Positions 61,964 through 64,000 of a stretch of DNA of 64,000 nt are shown in pieces. Below the pieces are notes generated by a model. The model saw nothing but the letters and a program-made list of their open reading frames with translations. It ran no database searches and was not told the origin of the DNA. Source of the DNA: Candidatus Poribacteria bacterium. Lineage in GTDB: Bacteria; Poribacteria; WGA-4E; WGA-3G. The stretch covers positions 922,609 through 986,608 of the forward strand of contig OZ242325.1 in NCBI GenBank assembly GCA_965208245.1, written 5' to 3'. The stretch's first letter is position 1. Each line of letters begins with the position of its first letter. Both the position numbers and the translations under genes were made by a program.

Positions 61964-62563
61964 ATGGTTTTATCAAATGTAGACATACTACGATATATGA
62001 ATGAAGACAAAATAAGAATAACACCAAACCCTGATTTAGTTACCCAATTAGGGAGTTGCTCAATTGATTTCCGATTGGGGAACACATTTCAAGTTTTTGA
62101 ACATAGCAAATATCCTTATATTGATCTGAAGACGAAGGTAGGGGTTGATGATTTGATGCGAAAAGTGGATGTCCCTAACGGTGAAGCATTTACAATGCAA
62201 CCGGGAGAGTTCGTCCTTGCAGCAACACAGGAAAAACTGGAATTAGCAGACGATGTTATGGCGAGACTAGAAGGCAGAAGCAGCCTCGGTAGGCTTGGAA
62301 TTATCGTTCACAGCACAGCAGGACTATTTGACCCAGGGTGGGTTGGGAACGCAACCTTAGAACTCGGTAATCTCGGACGCATGCCTGTAAAACTATATCC
62401 AGGGATGCGAATCTGTGCATTTACTTTTGAACCACTCTCTTCACCTTCCACTTTACCTTACAGAGAAAAACCTGCAAATAAATACGCAGGACAAGATGGT
62501 CCTGAAACGAGCAGATTTGCCGAAGACGTGGAGTTTCAATACGAAGATGAAGGATCAACATAA
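61964..62563 (+). CDS. dcd: dCTP deaminase
   Basis: EGRSSLGRLG, HSTAG..DPGW.G..TLE. Confidence 0.95.
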   Translation: MVLSNVDILRYMNEDKIRITPNPDLVTQLGSCSIDFRLGNTFQVFEHSKYPYIDLKTKVGVDDLMRKVDVPNGEAFTMQPGEFVLAATQEKLELADDVMARLEGRSSLGRLGIIVHSTAGLFDPGWVGNATLELGNLGRMPVKLYPGMRICAFTFEPLSSPSTLPYREKPANKYAGQDGPETSRFAEDVEFQYEDEGST

Positions 62564-62573
62564 TGGCTAATTC

Positions 62574-62613
62574 TGCTGAAATATTGGGCAATTCTATGCC
62601 TAATAATTTAGCA
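62574..62613 (+). promoter_or_regulatory. tandem NtrC-like enhancer boxes
   Basis: TGC-N11-GCA twice: tgctgaaatattgggca and tgcctaataatttagca. Confidence 0.6.
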
Positions 62614-62740
62614 GAACATATAAGGTTTGTGTGTCATATATATAAATATCTATGTTGTCGTTATACAAATATCAACGTTTACCTTTACTACGTTGTCAAG
62701 GGTCTAGTTTGTAAGACGTTCTCAGTCATCGACCCAAAAA

Positions 62741-62757
62741 TTGGCATAAACTTTGCG
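62741..62757 (+). promoter_or_regulatory. sigma54 -24/-12 promoter of glnA
   Basis: TTGGCATAAACTTTGC (GG-N10-GC). Confidence 0.7.
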
Positions 62758-62861
62758 TAGTCTATTACGTGATTCTTGCCAAAAGCAATGAATACACATT
62801 CGATTTGACGAGACATCACGACTTAAAATTATGACATTTATTTCATTAGGAGGAAATGCAA

Positions 62862-64000
62862 ATGACACCAAGTGAGGTAGTTGCACTTGCAAAGGAACAA
62901 AATGTTAAAATAGTCGATCTTAAATTCATGGACCTACCGGGGATGTGGCAACACTTCTCTATTATAGCTAATGAATTGAGCGAAGACTTATTCACTGAAG
63001 GTATTGGTTTTGATGGTTCAAGCATCCGAGGTTTTCAAGCCATCAATGAGAGTGATATGTTGCTCTTCCCTGATCCAGCAACAGCACTAGTTGATCCTGT
63101 TTGCAAAGTGCCAACATTAAGTATTACATGTAATATTAAAGACCCAATTACATTGGAGAATTACACACGCGATGTCCGACACATTGCCCAGAAAGCGGAG
63201 TCTTATCTACAGTCAACAGGAATAGCTGATATCAGTTATTGGGGACCCGAAGCAGAATTCTATCTCCTGAACGACATCCGATATGCACAAAATCAGCATT
63301 CCGGTTTCTATTTTGTTGACTCCATTGAAGGTAGTTGGAATTCTGGAAAGGAGGAAAACCCAAATCTTGGATATAAACCGCGATATAAAGAAGGATATTT
63401 CCCTGTTCCACCCTCAGATTCATTTCAAGACATTCGGTCCGAGATATGTTTGAAGTTGATTGAATCTGGCGTTGATGTAGAAGTTCACCACCATGAAGTT
63501 GGTACTGCCGGACAAGGTGAAATTGATATCCGATTTGATACACTTACAACCGTCGGTGACAAGATAGCTTTGTATAAGTACATCGTGAAGAATGTTGCCC
63601 GTTCACACAATCTGGTAGCGACTTTTATGCCTAAACCTCTATTCCAAGATAACGGTTCCGGTATGCACGTCCACCAAAGTTTATGGAAAGATGGAAAGAA
63701 TGTATTCTTTGATCCACAAGGATATTCACTCTTGAGTGAAACAGCACTCTATTATATCGGTGGACTGCTCAAACATGCACGTTCGCTTTGTGCCATAATC
63801 GCACCCACCACGAATTCCTACAAGCGACTTGTTCCGGGTTATGAAGCACCTGTAAACATTGCTTATTCTCAAAGAAATAGAAGTGCGTGTGTCAGGATTC
63901 CGGTCTATTCTAAGAGTGAAAAAGCGAAACGTGTTGAATTCCGTACACCGGACCCTTCATGTAACCCTTATCTCGCGTTCAGCGCGTTGCTCATGGCTGG
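62862..64000 (+). CDS. glnA: glutamine synthetase type I (partial, runs off the window)
   Basis: MTPSEVV..VDLKFMDLPG.WQH, FDGSSIRGF, HHHEV, FMPKP..DNGSGMHVH, RLVPGYEAP; AGGAGG RBS. Confidence 0.97.
   Translation, partial: MTPSEVVALAKEQNVKIVDLKFMDLPGMWQHFSIIANELSEDLFTEGIGFDGSSIRGFQAINESDMLLFPDPATALVDPVCKVPTLSITCNIKDPITLENYTRDVRHIAQKAESYLQSTGIADISYWGPEAEFYLLNDIRYAQNQHSGFYFVDSIEGSWNSGKEENPNLGYKPRYKEGYFPVPPSDSFQDIRSEICLKLIESGVDVEVHHHEVGTAGQGEIDIRFDTLTTVGDKIALYKYIVKNVARSHNLVATFMPKPLFQDNGSGMHVHQSLWKDGKNVFFDPQGYSLLSETALYYIGGLLKHARSLCAIIAPTTNSYKRLVPGYEAPVNIAYSQRNRSACVRIPVYSKSEKAKRVEFRTPDPSCNPYLAFSALLMA

Overview
Bacterial chromosomal window with moderately low GC. The gene content (PhyH dioxygenases, several Uma2 nucleases, many TA remnants, a DUF3179 selenoprotein) resembles Candidatus Poribacteria-like genomes, but that assignment is only an inference. 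Intact housekeeping genes are thiN, aroQ, smc, comF, a complete F1Fo ATP synthase operon, an M42 peptidase, def, larE, a glcF-like gene, dcd and the 5' part of glnA with sigma54/NtrC sites. They are interleaved with dense accessory DNA: two type III R-M systems, a decayed DpnII-like type II R-M pair, many toxin-antitoxin genes and relics, two related IS200/IS605 (tnpB) elements, and REP/MITE composites. Main observations: (1) a UGA-recoded UxxC DUF3179 selenoprotein with a collagen-like insert; (2) an AtpI-AtpZ fusion gene between atpZ and atpI; (3) a c-subunit that has lost its GxGxG motif; (4) an ATP synthase operon interrupted by cassettes at several gene junctions; (5) a spacer-less 41-bp palindromic tandem array in front of a Fic gene; (6) a ~190-nt rod-like ncRNA candidate; (7) a displaced copy of an smc fragment.
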